Source: a virus
IMG/VR virus record: IMGVR_UViG_3300045988_159421
Reading direction: 5' to 3' (one strand)
DNA length: 64,000 bases
The position numbers were made by a program, and so were the translations under genes. This document shows, piece by piece, positions 38,005 through 46,479 of the stretch (positions within the stretch are counted from its first letter, which is position 1; every line of letters begins with the position of its first letter). The notes beneath the pieces were generated by a model. The model did no database searches. It was given only the letters and a program-made list of their open reading frames with translations, and was not told the DNA's origin.

Positions 38005-39174
38005 TTATTTTGGAATATCTAAATTATTATTTAAAGCATAATTTATTACCCTTTCTTGAGAAAATTCACTTAAAGAATTTAAACCATTTTCAATTGCTGT
38101 TAAATATAATTTTCTTTCTATGTTACTACTGTTATTATTGTAATTATTAGATTTAGATTCTATATGTTCATTTTTAACTCTTCTAAGTTTGTTTTCTAAT
38201 TCTTCTGGACTATAATTTTTATAATGTTCATTAAATGTATCATGATACTTTGTTAAAGGTTTTTTATTTTCTTTTCCAGTATCTTTTGTAACAGTTTTTC
38301 CTTTGTCTTTTTTATTTTGTTTTTTATTTTTAAATTCTGCTTGATCCTTTTGATAATCATCTAAAGTTACTATATTTTTTTTATCTAGATTTTCAAAAAC
38401 TTGTTTCATATAAGCATATTTTTTATTAACACTTTCTTCACTTGCTGCTATAAAAACTTGTTCAAATACATCTAAATCAAATTTATTTGCATATTCTAAA
38501 AGTAGTTTTTTAGTATGTGGCATAAATCTTTTTTCAATTTTAAAAGACTTATATAATTCTATAAGTTTTGTTTCTTTTTCAACACCAACAACAACTTCAT
38601 TTTCTTTATTAATATAGTTGTTATTATTATTTTCTTTATTAGCGTATCGAAAATCGGTATCGCAGAAATTGGTATCCCTATTTTCGGTATCCCAGTTTTT
38701 AGGATTACGGTGAGATGTAGTGTTTTCAACGCTTTCATCGTTATTAGTTTTTTCGCTTACGTTCATATTTACGTTATCGTTTACGTTCGTAATATCTACG
38801 TTTTGTTTTTCGCTAAAAACTTCGTATAAATAACCATTTGTAAGGTTACCGTTTTTTAGAGGTGTTCTTTTTATATAACCAACCTCTATAAGCTTATTTA
38901 AGCCATTAGATACTCTAGTTTTACTTACTCCTAATTGAGTAGCTAAGCCTTGTATACTTATTACGTGATTTGGATTAGATATATATTGTAAAATCTTTGC
39001 AAATACAAAAAATGCATTTGGGCCTAATAAATTCATATCGTTCATAATTTCATTTGGAATAACTGTAAAACCTTTGGCTAGTTCTGCGCTTGCTATAAAT
39101 TTGGATTCATTGCTACTTTCGAACTTAGACATATCTATTTCCCTCCTATGTTGAATTTTATCGATTTGTAGCAA
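38005..39174 (-). CDS. rep: Plasmid-type replication initiator (wHTH N-terminus, DnaD-like centre)
   Basis: wHTH FTVIPNEIMNDMNLLGPNAFFVFAKIL...GVSKTRVSNGLNKLIEVGYIKR. Internal GATACC and TTACGTT iterated motifs. Sits next to the par locus. Confidence 0.55.
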   Translation of the reverse strand: MLQIDKIQHRREIDMSKFESSNESKFIASAELAKGFTVIPNEIMNDMNLLGPNAFFVFAKILQYISNPNHVISIQGLATQLGVSKTRVSNGLNKLIEVGYIKRTPLKNGNLTNGYLYEVFSEKQNVDITNVNDNVNMNVSEKTNNDESVENTTSHRNPKNWDTENRDTNFCDTDFRYANKENNNNNYINKENEVVVGVEKETKLIELYKSFKIEKRFMPHTKKLLLEYANKFDLDVFEQVFIAASEESVNKKYAYMKQVFENLDKKNIVTLDDYQKDQAEFKNKKQNKKDKGKTVTKDTGKENKKPLTKYHDTFNEHYKNYSPEELENKLRRVKNEHIESKSNNYNNNSSNIERKLYLTAIENGLNSLSEFSQERVINYALNNNLDIPK

Positions 39175-39194
39175 TTTTTATCTATCTTAAAGAA

Positions 39195-39223
39195 TTGAAA
39201 ATATAATAAATGCATGATATAAT
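39195..39223 (+). promoter_or_regulatory. Consensus sigma-A promoter for the countertranscript
   Basis: TTGAAA, exactly 17 nt, then TATAAT on the plus strand, antisense to the rep leader. Confidence 0.6.
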
Positions 39224-39229
39224 ATAAAT

Positions 39230-39321
39230 ACAATATTGATATATGTGATACAAGATAGACCTACTTTGCTACAGTTTCTGTACAATTTGATTGTTGGCGC
39301 GATCAAAAAGTAGGTTTTTTT
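39230..39321 (+). ncRNA. Candidate countertranscript RNA (antisense to the RHH-rep intergenic leader)
   Basis: Starts after the promoter above and ends in a 9-bp stem, ACCUACUUU/AAAGUAGGU, plus U7. Confidence 0.5.
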
Positions 39322-39325
39322 ATGT

Positions 39326-39481
39326 TTATTTTTCTTTATTTTTCATGTAATTAATAAGGATATTCTCTGCAAATTTTGACATTGATTTATATCCTTCCTT
39401 TTCCATTAACTCTTTTAAAAGAGCCTTGTCTGCTTTTGAGAGTTTCACATTTATTCTTGTATTGTCTTTTGAAACAGCCAA
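39326..39481 (-). CDS. CopG/RHH-type small repressor (51 aa)
   Basis: TTG start 8 nt after an AGGAGG RBS. The pattern INVKLSKADKALLKELMEKEGYKSMSKFAENIL has a ribbon-helix-helix layout. Confidence 0.5.
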   Translation of the reverse strand: MAVSKDNTRINVKLSKADKALLKELMEKEGYKSMSKFAENILINYMKNKEK

Positions 39482-39579
39482 ATAAAAAACCTCCTATCTG
39501 TAAAGTGTGTCACTTCTCTTTTTAAAAAGTGTATCACTTTAAAAAACAAAAATCAATATATAATTCTAAAATAATAATA

Positions 39580-39770
39580 TTGGTTAAGATATTAACATTA
39601 TTTTAACTATAAACAACATTTTAATAAAATATTAACTAAAATATATATTAATATATTAACAAAATTTAAACAATAATTAAGATGTTATTAATATTTAAAC
39701 TATTTTATTGACTTTTGTATTTTTTTATCATATACTTTAATTAAGATATTATTAAAATATCAACTAACAT
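39580..39770. repeat. AT-rich repeat field upstream of parM (candidate parC centromere and divergent promoters)
   Basis: Repeated (A)ATATTAAC / AAGATATTA units at about 39586, 39627, 39651, 39677 and 39742. Confidence 0.4.
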
Positions 39771-39786
39771 TAGGAGGGATTTATAT

Positions 39787-40710
39787 ATGGCTAAAAAAGA
39801 TGTTCAATTTATAGGCTTTGATGGTGGTAGAGGTTACATTAAGGCTTATACAGAAGTAGATGGAGAGGCAAAACAAACAATATTTAAGTCAGTATATGGT
39901 GATGGACGTTCAGGTAAAGTTGACTTTGAAAATTACGAAAAACCTAAATACTTAAATATAGAAGGTGAAGACTATTTCGTTGGTTTATTAGCAGAAAGAG
40001 AATCTTATTCTTCTATAAGAAATTCACAAGATTCAAAAACAAGTGATACTATGAAGATATTATTTGCATCAGCATTAAACGATATAGCAGTAAAAGATAC
40101 TGTAAAAGTGGTATTTGGAGTTCCATATAAAAACTATAAGAAATCAGTATTAGCTGACATAGTAAATACATATAAAGGCGAAACAATCACTATAAAAGAC
40201 AATATAACAAATGCAACTAAGAAAATATTTATAGAAGATGTAACAATCGCTAGAGAGGGCGATGCGGCTTTATACTATGCTATTAATGGAAAGGTAAATA
40301 AAGATAAGCCAGTAGGACTTGTTAACGTTGGTTTCAGAACTATGGAACTATCATATTTTGATAAAGGTTTCCAATTTAATGACAGATTATCTAATACTGT
40401 TGAATACGGAAATAGTACAATGCTAAAAATAATACAAGATAATTTAATGGCAAGTGGAATTGCAAAAAGTGTAAACGAAATAGATAGTTCTGATGATTAT
40501 GATCTACTTAAAAAGAAAGCATATAAATTAGGTTCTGAAAAAGTAAATCAAATAGTAGAAGAAAATTGGATAAACAAAGATGAAATGAAGTTATATTTAG
40601 CAGGTGGAACTTCTTTAAATCTTGAACCTTCTGATGACTTTGATAGAGTTGATAATTCTCAAATGGCTACTGCAATTGGATTATTTAAGTTTGCAAAATT
40701 AAAATTTTAA
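39787..40710 (+). CDS. parM: ParM/Alp-family actin-like segregation ATPase
   Basis: N-terminal phosphate-1-like IGFDGGRGYIKAY, VNVGFRTMEL, and C-terminal YLAGGTS. Confidence 0.65.
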   Translation: MAKKDVQFIGFDGGRGYIKAYTEVDGEAKQTIFKSVYGDGRSGKVDFENYEKPKYLNIEGEDYFVGLLAERESYSSIRNSQDSKTSDTMKILFASALNDIAVKDTVKVVFGVPYKNYKKSVLADIVNTYKGETITIKDNITNATKKIFIEDVTIAREGDAALYYAINGKVNKDKPVGLVNVGFRTMELSYFDKGFQFNDRLSNTVEYGNSTMLKIIQDNLMASGIAKSVNEIDSSDDYDLLKKKAYKLGSEKVNQIVEENWINKDEMKLYLAGGTSLNLEPSDDFDRVDNSQMATAIGLFKFAKLKF

Positions 40711-40722
40711 AGGTGATTAATT

Positions 40723-41016
40723 ATGGCAAAAAAATCAAGTACAGTATATATAGAAGAAAATTTTTGGGATATGATAAGCAAGTTTCAAGCAGAAAGAGAT
40801 TTATCAAGCAGAAATGATGCAATACAAGTAATATTAAGTGAGTGGAATATCCTAAAACAAATTGACTTCAACAATATACAAGTTAATGTAAATATCGGTG
40901 ATGTTTCACAAGTTGTTAGACAAATAGAAAATACAGAACTAACAAAAGAAGAAAATGAAGACCAAAGAATTATAAAAGAAACTCTTCTTAAAATGGAAGA
41001 AGAAATGCCTGATTAA
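40723..41016 (+). CDS. parR: ParR-position adaptor protein (RHH-like N-terminus)
   Basis: 97 aa, immediately after parM, with an acidic C-terminus. Confidence 0.4.
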   Translation: MAKKSSTVYIEENFWDMISKFQAERDLSSRNDAIQVILSEWNILKQIDFNNIQVNVNIGDVSQVVRQIENTELTKEENEDQRIIKETLLKMEEEMPD

Positions 41017-41019
41017 AAA

Positions 41020-41053
41020 GATAAGCTAAGGTTTCAGATAGCCTTAGCTTTTT
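41020..41053 (+). terminator. Rho-independent terminator of the par operon
   Basis: AAGCTAAGG-loop-CCTTAGCTT plus a T run. Confidence 0.7.
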
Positions 41054-41160
41054 TGTTTATTCTCAACCGAATCAAGTAGCCTACTAATAGGTCATATGAG
41101 TGGTTTTTTCTTGTCTAAAATAAAAAAGCTAGAGGAGAGTATCCCCTAGCTTTTAATATT

Positions 41161-41204
41161 ATCGGTCGCTTATCGGTCGCTTATCGGTCGCTTATCGGTC
41201 GCGT
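41161..41204. repeat. Four tandem 11-bp repeats, ATCGGTCGCTT
   Basis: Perfect units at 41161, 41172 and 41183, plus a variant at 41194. G+C-rich island between the amidase stop and its terminator. Confidence 0.85.
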
Positions 41205-41213
41205 CCGATAGAA

Positions 41214-42092
41214 TTATTTTTCAAATACTTCTACATATTTTGGGCTGGCAGTGATATATACTCCTGATTTTAATTTATACATATCTGTTCCAGTTCTTTT
41301 AATTTTTTCTGTAATTGTATAAACTCCACCAGCAGTAACTTTACCAATAGTATTTTCTTCTGTAAAGTCAGCTTTGCTATGTATATTTACATCCTTTAGT
41401 ATTTTAACGTACTCAACTTTAGTAGCTTCTTCTTGCTTTTCTGCTATATAAGTTACTCCGAAGTATTCGCATACCGCCTTACAAACGGCCTCAGCACATT
41501 TTTCTTGATGTTTTTTATCAAGCATAAGTTTTGCTTCATTCCAATAATCCATAAAACCATACTCGATTAATATTGCTGGCATTGTTGTTTGTCTAAGTAT
41601 AGCTAATGTAAATCCACTCATATCTACATCTTTCATAAGTCCGTAGCTATATTCATAATCTATGTCCTTTTCAAGATGCTTAACTGCTAAATTACCTAAT
41701 TTAATAGAGTTAGAAGAAGAATTTTTAGTATGCATAACTAATAACCCTTTAACTCGAGTTTGCCATTTAGCACAGCTTCCTATTGCATTATAGTGATTTG
41801 AAATTAATATATCTGCTTTAGCTTTATTAGCTTTACTTGCTCTAGTAGACAAGGCAATATCTGTTTTACCTGTCATATCTGCAGTAAACATTGTATCTAT
41901 ACCACATCTCTTTAGCGCAGCAGCTAGATATTCACTTACACCTCTGTTCCATTCATTTTCTTTTATGATCTTTCCTTTTGCTCTTACTAATTCATTATCT
42001 ATATACAAATTTTTTGACATTGGTACTGATTGTTTACCTTCTGTATGCATACCATGTCCTGCATCTATAGCTACTAAATATTTTTTACTCAT
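41214..42092 (-). CDS. Endolysin: N-acetylmuramoyl-L-alanine amidase (Amidase_3) with a C-terminal SH3-like binding domain
   Basis: VAIDAGHG...E...NHYNA pattern. The C-terminal 70 aa are SH3b-like. Confidence 0.8.
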   Translation of the reverse strand: MSKKYLVAIDAGHGMHTEGKQSVPMSKNLYIDNELVRAKGKIIKENEWNRGVSEYLAAALKRCGIDTMFTADMTGKTDIALSTRASKANKAKADILISNHYNAIGSCAKWQTRVKGLLVMHTKNSSSNSIKLGNLAVKHLEKDIDYEYSYGLMKDVDMSGFTLAILRQTTMPAILIEYGFMDYWNEAKLMLDKKHQEKCAEAVCKAVCEYFGVTYIAEKQEEATKVEYVKILKDVNIHSKADFTEENTIGKVTAGGVYTITEKIKRTGTDMYKLKSGVYITASPKYVEVFEK

Positions 42093-42187
42093 AATAACAC
42101 TTCCTTTTCTAAAAATAAAAGATGCTTAAAAAAATCTACATTTATATCGAATTTCTAAGCACCTTACAGTTTATAAAATATTTATAT

Positions 42188-42445
42188 CTATTGTTCTATT
42201 AAATTCTTAAATGCCTGATGTAATCCCGTAGATGCTAGTCCACTTAAAAGCCCTCCTAAGAAAATATTCATATCAAATGATTTAGATATTGATATGTTTA
42301 ATACAACACCTAATACAGCCATTATGAAAGGAATATACTTATTAGGAATAAAATCAAAGCTAGTTTTTATAACATATCCTATTCCACAACAACCTAATAC
42401 AACTCCAATGACTAAATAACTATTAATAACATTTAAATCTATCAT
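42188..42445 (-). CDS. Putative holin
   Basis: 85 aa with 2-3 hydrophobic helices, directly upstream of the endolysin. Confidence 0.55.
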   Translation of the reverse strand: MIDLNVINSYLVIGVVLGCCGIGYVIKTSFDFIPNKYIPFIMAVLGVVLNISISKSFDMNIFLGGLLSGLASTGLHQAFKNLIEQ

Positions 42446-42455
42446 AATTAACCTC

Positions 42456-42689
42456 CTATTCTTCTAAGTGATCTATTCTGTGATGTGCAGACTTTGTTGA
42501 ATCTTCTACTTTTGCCATTCTTTCTACTAAATTATTATGTTTATCTACTCTAGTTGATAAAGTTTTTATATCTTCTTTTATACCTTTGATTTGTTCTTGC
42601 ATTACTGCAGTAGTTTTACTATTTGCAAAATAAGAACCAGCTAAAGTCCCTATAAATGCTATAATAGCAACAATTATTTCTGTTTGCAT
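42456..42689 (-). CDS. Membrane-anchored coiled-coil lysis accessory protein (XhlA-like; tentative)
   Basis: N-terminal TM helix IIVAIIAFIGTLAGSYF, then a coiled coil. ATG at 42689 behind a GAGAGG RBS. Confidence 0.4.
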   Translation of the reverse strand: MQTEIIVAIIAFIGTLAGSYFANSKTTAVMQEQIKGIKEDIKTLSTRVDKHNNLVERMAKVEDSTKSAHHRIDHLEE

Positions 42690-42709
42690 ATTAATACCTC
42701 TCAATTTTC

Positions 42710-42979
42710 TTAAGTATGTTTTACTCTATCTCTAAGTTCTCCTTTTTTACCATCGTTAAATTGTCGAACCTCACTTAAATAACCTGTGATTCTTCTGATT
42801 CTTTCAAATGAAACAGGAACAAGTTTATATTCTAAATCTACATATCCTTTATCATCTATTGTTATATTTAGATATTCAATTTCTCGATTTGGATATTTTT
42901 TATGAATATGTTTTATGTAAGCTTCGATTTCTCTTTGTTCAGCATGAACTCCTTCTGGAGTTTTTATATTTATTTTCAT
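42710..42979 (-). CDS. Stand-alone NrdD C-terminal-type glycyl-radical domain protein (89 aa)
   Basis: The C-terminus IRRITGYLSEVRQFNDGKKGELRDRVKH matches the class III RNR glycyl-radical signature RR(V/I)xGYL...FNxGKxxExxxRVKH. Confidence 0.6.
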   Translation of the reverse strand: MKINIKTPEGVHAEQREIEAYIKHIHKKYPNREIEYLNITIDDKGYVDLEYKLVPVSFERIRRITGYLSEVRQFNDGKKGELRDRVKHT

Positions 42980-43255
42980 CTTTTCAAACTCCTTTTTACA
43001 AAATAAAAAGGATTACAAATTAGTAACCCCCTTAGAAAAAATGGTAAGTGCCTCTAAATACTATATACACATATAACTTTTAAAATTAAAATTCGATTAA
43101 AATATAAATGTTTTTTTATTAAGTCCACATTGGAATCACCCTCTTTCATAGCCAATAAGCAAAAGAAGGACCCACTCTAAAAGTAAGTCCTTTCCGGAAA
43201 AGGTTATTAAACCGATTCCTTTGCTCGTTGGGGTTTCAAATGAGAAATTATTTTA
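42980..43255 (-). promoter_or_regulatory. Long structured 5' leader of the lysis operon
   Basis: About 275 nt between the -10 box and the ATG. The core can fold with a 10-bp closing helix, AGCAAAGGAA/UUCUUUUGCU, enclosing several hairpins. Confidence 0.3.
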
Positions 43256-43261
43256 TCTACA

Positions 43262-43312
43262 ATTATAGTGTAAATTCCCAATAACAAATTTGCAATCGGA
43301 ACATATTCCTAA
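43262..43312 (-). promoter_or_regulatory. Conserved motif copy 5 plus TATAAT, 25 nt downstream
   Basis: Motif at 43293-43312 and a -10 box at 43262-43267. Spacing is identical to copy 1. Confidence 0.55.
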
Positions 43313-43534
43313 TAATTATAATTTAAGTGTTAAAACTTTGTTAATTAGTAATATTTATATATATATTTTGCATATGCTATGATATGCGAAGCGTTTATGA
43401 AGTAGCGACAGCGACCGTAATAAATGCAAAGCGGTTATATCAAGGTTATAGCAATTTGGATAGACTATATTCATTTTTATCTAGTATATAAAATTATATA
43501 AATTTATATAAAAATAAGGAGGAATAACCTCCTT

Positions 43535-45745
43535 TTATTTTGGCAATTTTACCACAAATGCAGAATAAACATTGTCTTCATTTCTGATTAAACAAAGAGC
43601 ATGATATCTTTTAAGCTCTAATAAATCTGTTTCTGTATAACCTTCCTTATTAAACAGTTCCTTAAGTTCAATAAAACACTTTACATCTGCTCCAGCAAGT
43701 AATAAAAAGTTGCATCCACTGCTTAAAATAGCATTCTTACATTTTTTACTGCATTGATCTAAAAAATGTAAACTTATAGTAGGAATAAAAGAATATTTTC
43801 TACATTCTGTAAGAATATCTTGTAAGATAATTTGTGCTGTAGGAAATAAATTGATTTCATCTATAAATATTTCTGTGCGTGTATTTGCTTTTATTTGTTT
43901 TGCTAGCCATACTTTAGAAAGATAAAATGTAGCTATTAAATCTCTAATATTTCTATTTGTAAAATCTTCTTCTCTAGCTTTTATAATAATCACTTTATTT
44001 TGATCTAATGCTTTTACAAAGTCTATATTATTATTTCCTTGTGTATTATATGCTAGTTTTGTATATAGATTAGTTTTTAACATGCTTATTCTATCTATTA
44101 TACCGTCTATTTTACTATCATAATTTTCTATTGTTCCATTCTTATTAACTTTATCTAAGTCACATAAATCTTTAATTTCGTCTGATAATAATTTAATTTC
44201 GCTTTCTGAAAGTCTTTCTAAAATATTCTTACGAATATCAGGATATATTAGCACCTCTATTATCTCTTTAAAACTAGCATTAATATTCTTATAAAATACT
44301 ACGGTACAAGCAGCATAAAAATAACGTAACATTCTAGGAGTTAATTTAGTATCAGAATTAATAGTGTTAAGTAAAATGTGTAATTGTGTACCTTTTTCCA
44401 TACATTTAGCTAATTTTCTATACTTATCACTACTATTACATATCAATTCGTTATAGCAAAATCCTTGTAATTGTGTATGGTTACTACAATCTATTTCTAT
44501 TAATCTGTCTTTCGGAGTTACTTGTTTAATAGATTCTGCTAAATTGCAATCTCTTATTATATCTAATACGACAAGGCCATCTCCTTTTGCTATTATAGAT
44601 TTAGCTAGATTTTGCATATAATGTGTTTTACCACATCCCATACCTCCAATTAATACTCTTCCAAGTCTACTTATTTCTTTGTCCGTAGAGTAATATACAG
44701 GCATATTTTTTATAGAATTTCCAATTAATATATCCCCTGTAGCTAGACATTTAGGAAAATCTTTATTATACACTCTATTATGGTTAATTTGTGGAAACTG
44801 TTGTATTATATCAGCTCCTGGAAGTGCTATAAAATTACCGCATTCATATATAGATGTATTTAAGTTTCTTATGTTATGTTTGATTTTCTTACATATAAAT
44901 TTATTGTCATCTTCTATAACTGAATAGGAATTTGATATTGTATCTATAATAGATTTTTCCCTATTGGTTGTTTTAGCCTTACTAGATAGTATAATTTGTG
45001 TTTTACATATATCAGAAGTAGCCTTTTTATTTGTATTGTTACTTAGTTTATTAAAGTTAATTTGTTTATCCACTTGTTTTACATCAAATAAAAAATTTAA
45101 AGTCGAATTAATAAAATCTATACTATAAGATAATATTTTAATAATTAAATTAGATATTGCATTTGATGTGTATTTTACATTTGTGTTTTTATATTCTCTA
45201 ATAAATTTCTGACAAGTGGATTTAAAATAATTGCATTGTTTTTCTGAAGTAGGAAGAAAATTATATAATATTCCAGCTTCTTCTCCATCTTGTAATAATT
45301 CTACAGCAGACAAGTTAGCTGACAACAAATCGTTATTTCTCATATCTGTAGAAGTAGATAGAAAATCTTTATTTTTATAGATTAATTGATATTGTGATCC
45401 AGTTATAATTGGTATAGAATTAACTTCTTTTATTTCTACTGATTTCCAAATTTCTTTAAATTTTACTCTAAATTTAGAATAAAATAATTTAGGAACGATA
45501 AAGTAAAAATTAATTTTTTCTTTTGTTATGTGAATATAATAACTTGCCTTTAATTGTGTTTTTATAATTAATTTATTATCTTCTATCTTTATGAGCTTAT
45601 TAATGTTGAGATACATTTTATTTACAAGATCCAATATAGAATAAGTCCTATTATTCCTAATTGATTTACTTGGTATTAATTTAAGATATACATATTCTTG
45701 ACTTTGTATCTCAAAATATTTTGCTATAGGAATGCTTTTAAGCAT
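43535..45745 (-). CDS. Large P-loop NTPase (VirB4/HerA/FtsK-like; unassigned)
   Basis: Walker A LIGGMGCGKTH and Walker B TEIFIDEIN. 736 aa. Confidence 0.5.
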   Translation of the reverse strand: MLKSIPIAKYFEIQSQEYVYLKLIPSKSIRNNRTYSILDLVNKMYLNINKLIKIEDNKLIIKTQLKASYYIHITKEKINFYFIVPKLFYSKFRVKFKEIWKSVEIKEVNSIPIITGSQYQLIYKNKDFLSTSTDMRNNDLLSANLSAVELLQDGEEAGILYNFLPTSEKQCNYFKSTCQKFIREYKNTNVKYTSNAISNLIIKILSYSIDFINSTLNFLFDVKQVDKQINFNKLSNNTNKKATSDICKTQIILSSKAKTTNREKSIIDTISNSYSVIEDDNKFICKKIKHNIRNLNTSIYECGNFIALPGADIIQQFPQINHNRVYNKDFPKCLATGDILIGNSIKNMPVYYSTDKEISRLGRVLIGGMGCGKTHYMQNLAKSIIAKGDGLVVLDIIRDCNLAESIKQVTPKDRLIEIDCSNHTQLQGFCYNELICNSSDKYRKLAKCMEKGTQLHILLNTINSDTKLTPRMLRYFYAACTVVFYKNINASFKEIIEVLIYPDIRKNILERLSESEIKLLSDEIKDLCDLDKVNKNGTIENYDSKIDGIIDRISMLKTNLYTKLAYNTQGNNNIDFVKALDQNKVIIIKAREEDFTNRNIRDLIATFYLSKVWLAKQIKANTRTEIFIDEINLFPTAQIILQDILTECRKYSFIPTISLHFLDQCSKKCKNAILSSGCNFLLLAGADVKCFIELKELFNKEGYTETDLLELKRYHALCLIRNEDNVYSAFVVKLPK

Positions 45746-45989
45746 GTGTAATCGCTCCTATAACTATATTAAGGATAATATATATACAAGGTATCATAAA
45801 TGCCCATCTCTTGCCGTTTTTATATCCAAATACATATAATAAAAGTGCTATAAAACCTGCTACAAGACATATATCAAAAGATAGATTTTGTATAGCAACT
45901 AAAAGCTCATATCCAGTTTCTTTAAAATATTCTATCGGATGTAAAATATTATCTAAAATATTTATAACTTGATTTAATTTTTCTTCCAT
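45738..45989 (-). CDS. Small membrane protein
   Basis: Two hydrophobic helices. Overlaps the ATPase start. Confidence 0.5.
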   Translation of the reverse strand: MEEKLNQVINILDNILHPIEYFKETGYELLVAIQNLSFDICLVAGFIALLLYVFGYKNGKRWAFMIPCIYIILNIVIGAITHA

Positions 45990-46000
45990 ATCAATACCTC

Positions 46001-46381
46001 CTAAAATTTAATCATAGAAAAAAGTTTTGGATAAAAACTTAATAATATATAAATTAGGAAATATTGCATTCCAGATGTTGTTGCTTGCTTAAAATCTGCC
46101 CCTTGAAGCGCATTTTCTATTATGCTTTTAATTCCCATACACATACAACCATACTTAGCAAATACCATTAATAAGCTAAGAATTTGAGTAGCTACATTTG
46201 ATATTTCAGTTTCTGTAGTCATACAATAGGAAATTAAATTTTTATTCATAAAAATAGTTATTAAAATAATGATTTTCTTGTATTCTTTTTTATTTATCTT
46301 TAAGTTATTAAGAAATTTTTCAATTAAAGTATAATCATTTTCTGATATTAATTTATATTCCTTAAAACTATAAGATTTCAT
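46001..46381 (-). CDS. Membrane protein
   Basis: Three hydrophobic segments. Confidence 0.5.
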   Translation of the reverse strand: MKSYSFKEYKLISENDYTLIEKFLNNLKINKKEYKKIIILITIFMNKNLISYCMTTETEISNVATQILSLLMVFAKYGCMCMGIKSIIENALQGADFKQATTSGMQYFLIYILLSFYPKLFSMIKF

Positions 46382-46479
46382 GTATAAAAATCTCCCTTCT
46401 GTTTAAAATAATAATTAAATATGAATTAACTGAGGTGATAAAAATGGGCGAAGCATTATTCTGGTTCGGACTTGCCTTT

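Noticed and set aside
204-43312. The five motif copies as inversion (hix/gix-like) sites for the adjacent serine recombinase.
   Set aside because: All five copies are in the same orientation, so recombination would delete essential modules rather than invert them. Their fixed position upstream of -10 boxes fits a promoter element better. This is kept only as a minor alternative.
43480-43510. TTATATAAAT-type 10-bp repeats after the ATPase gene terminator.
   Set aside because: This is low-complexity AT-rich sequence and cannot be told apart from background composition.
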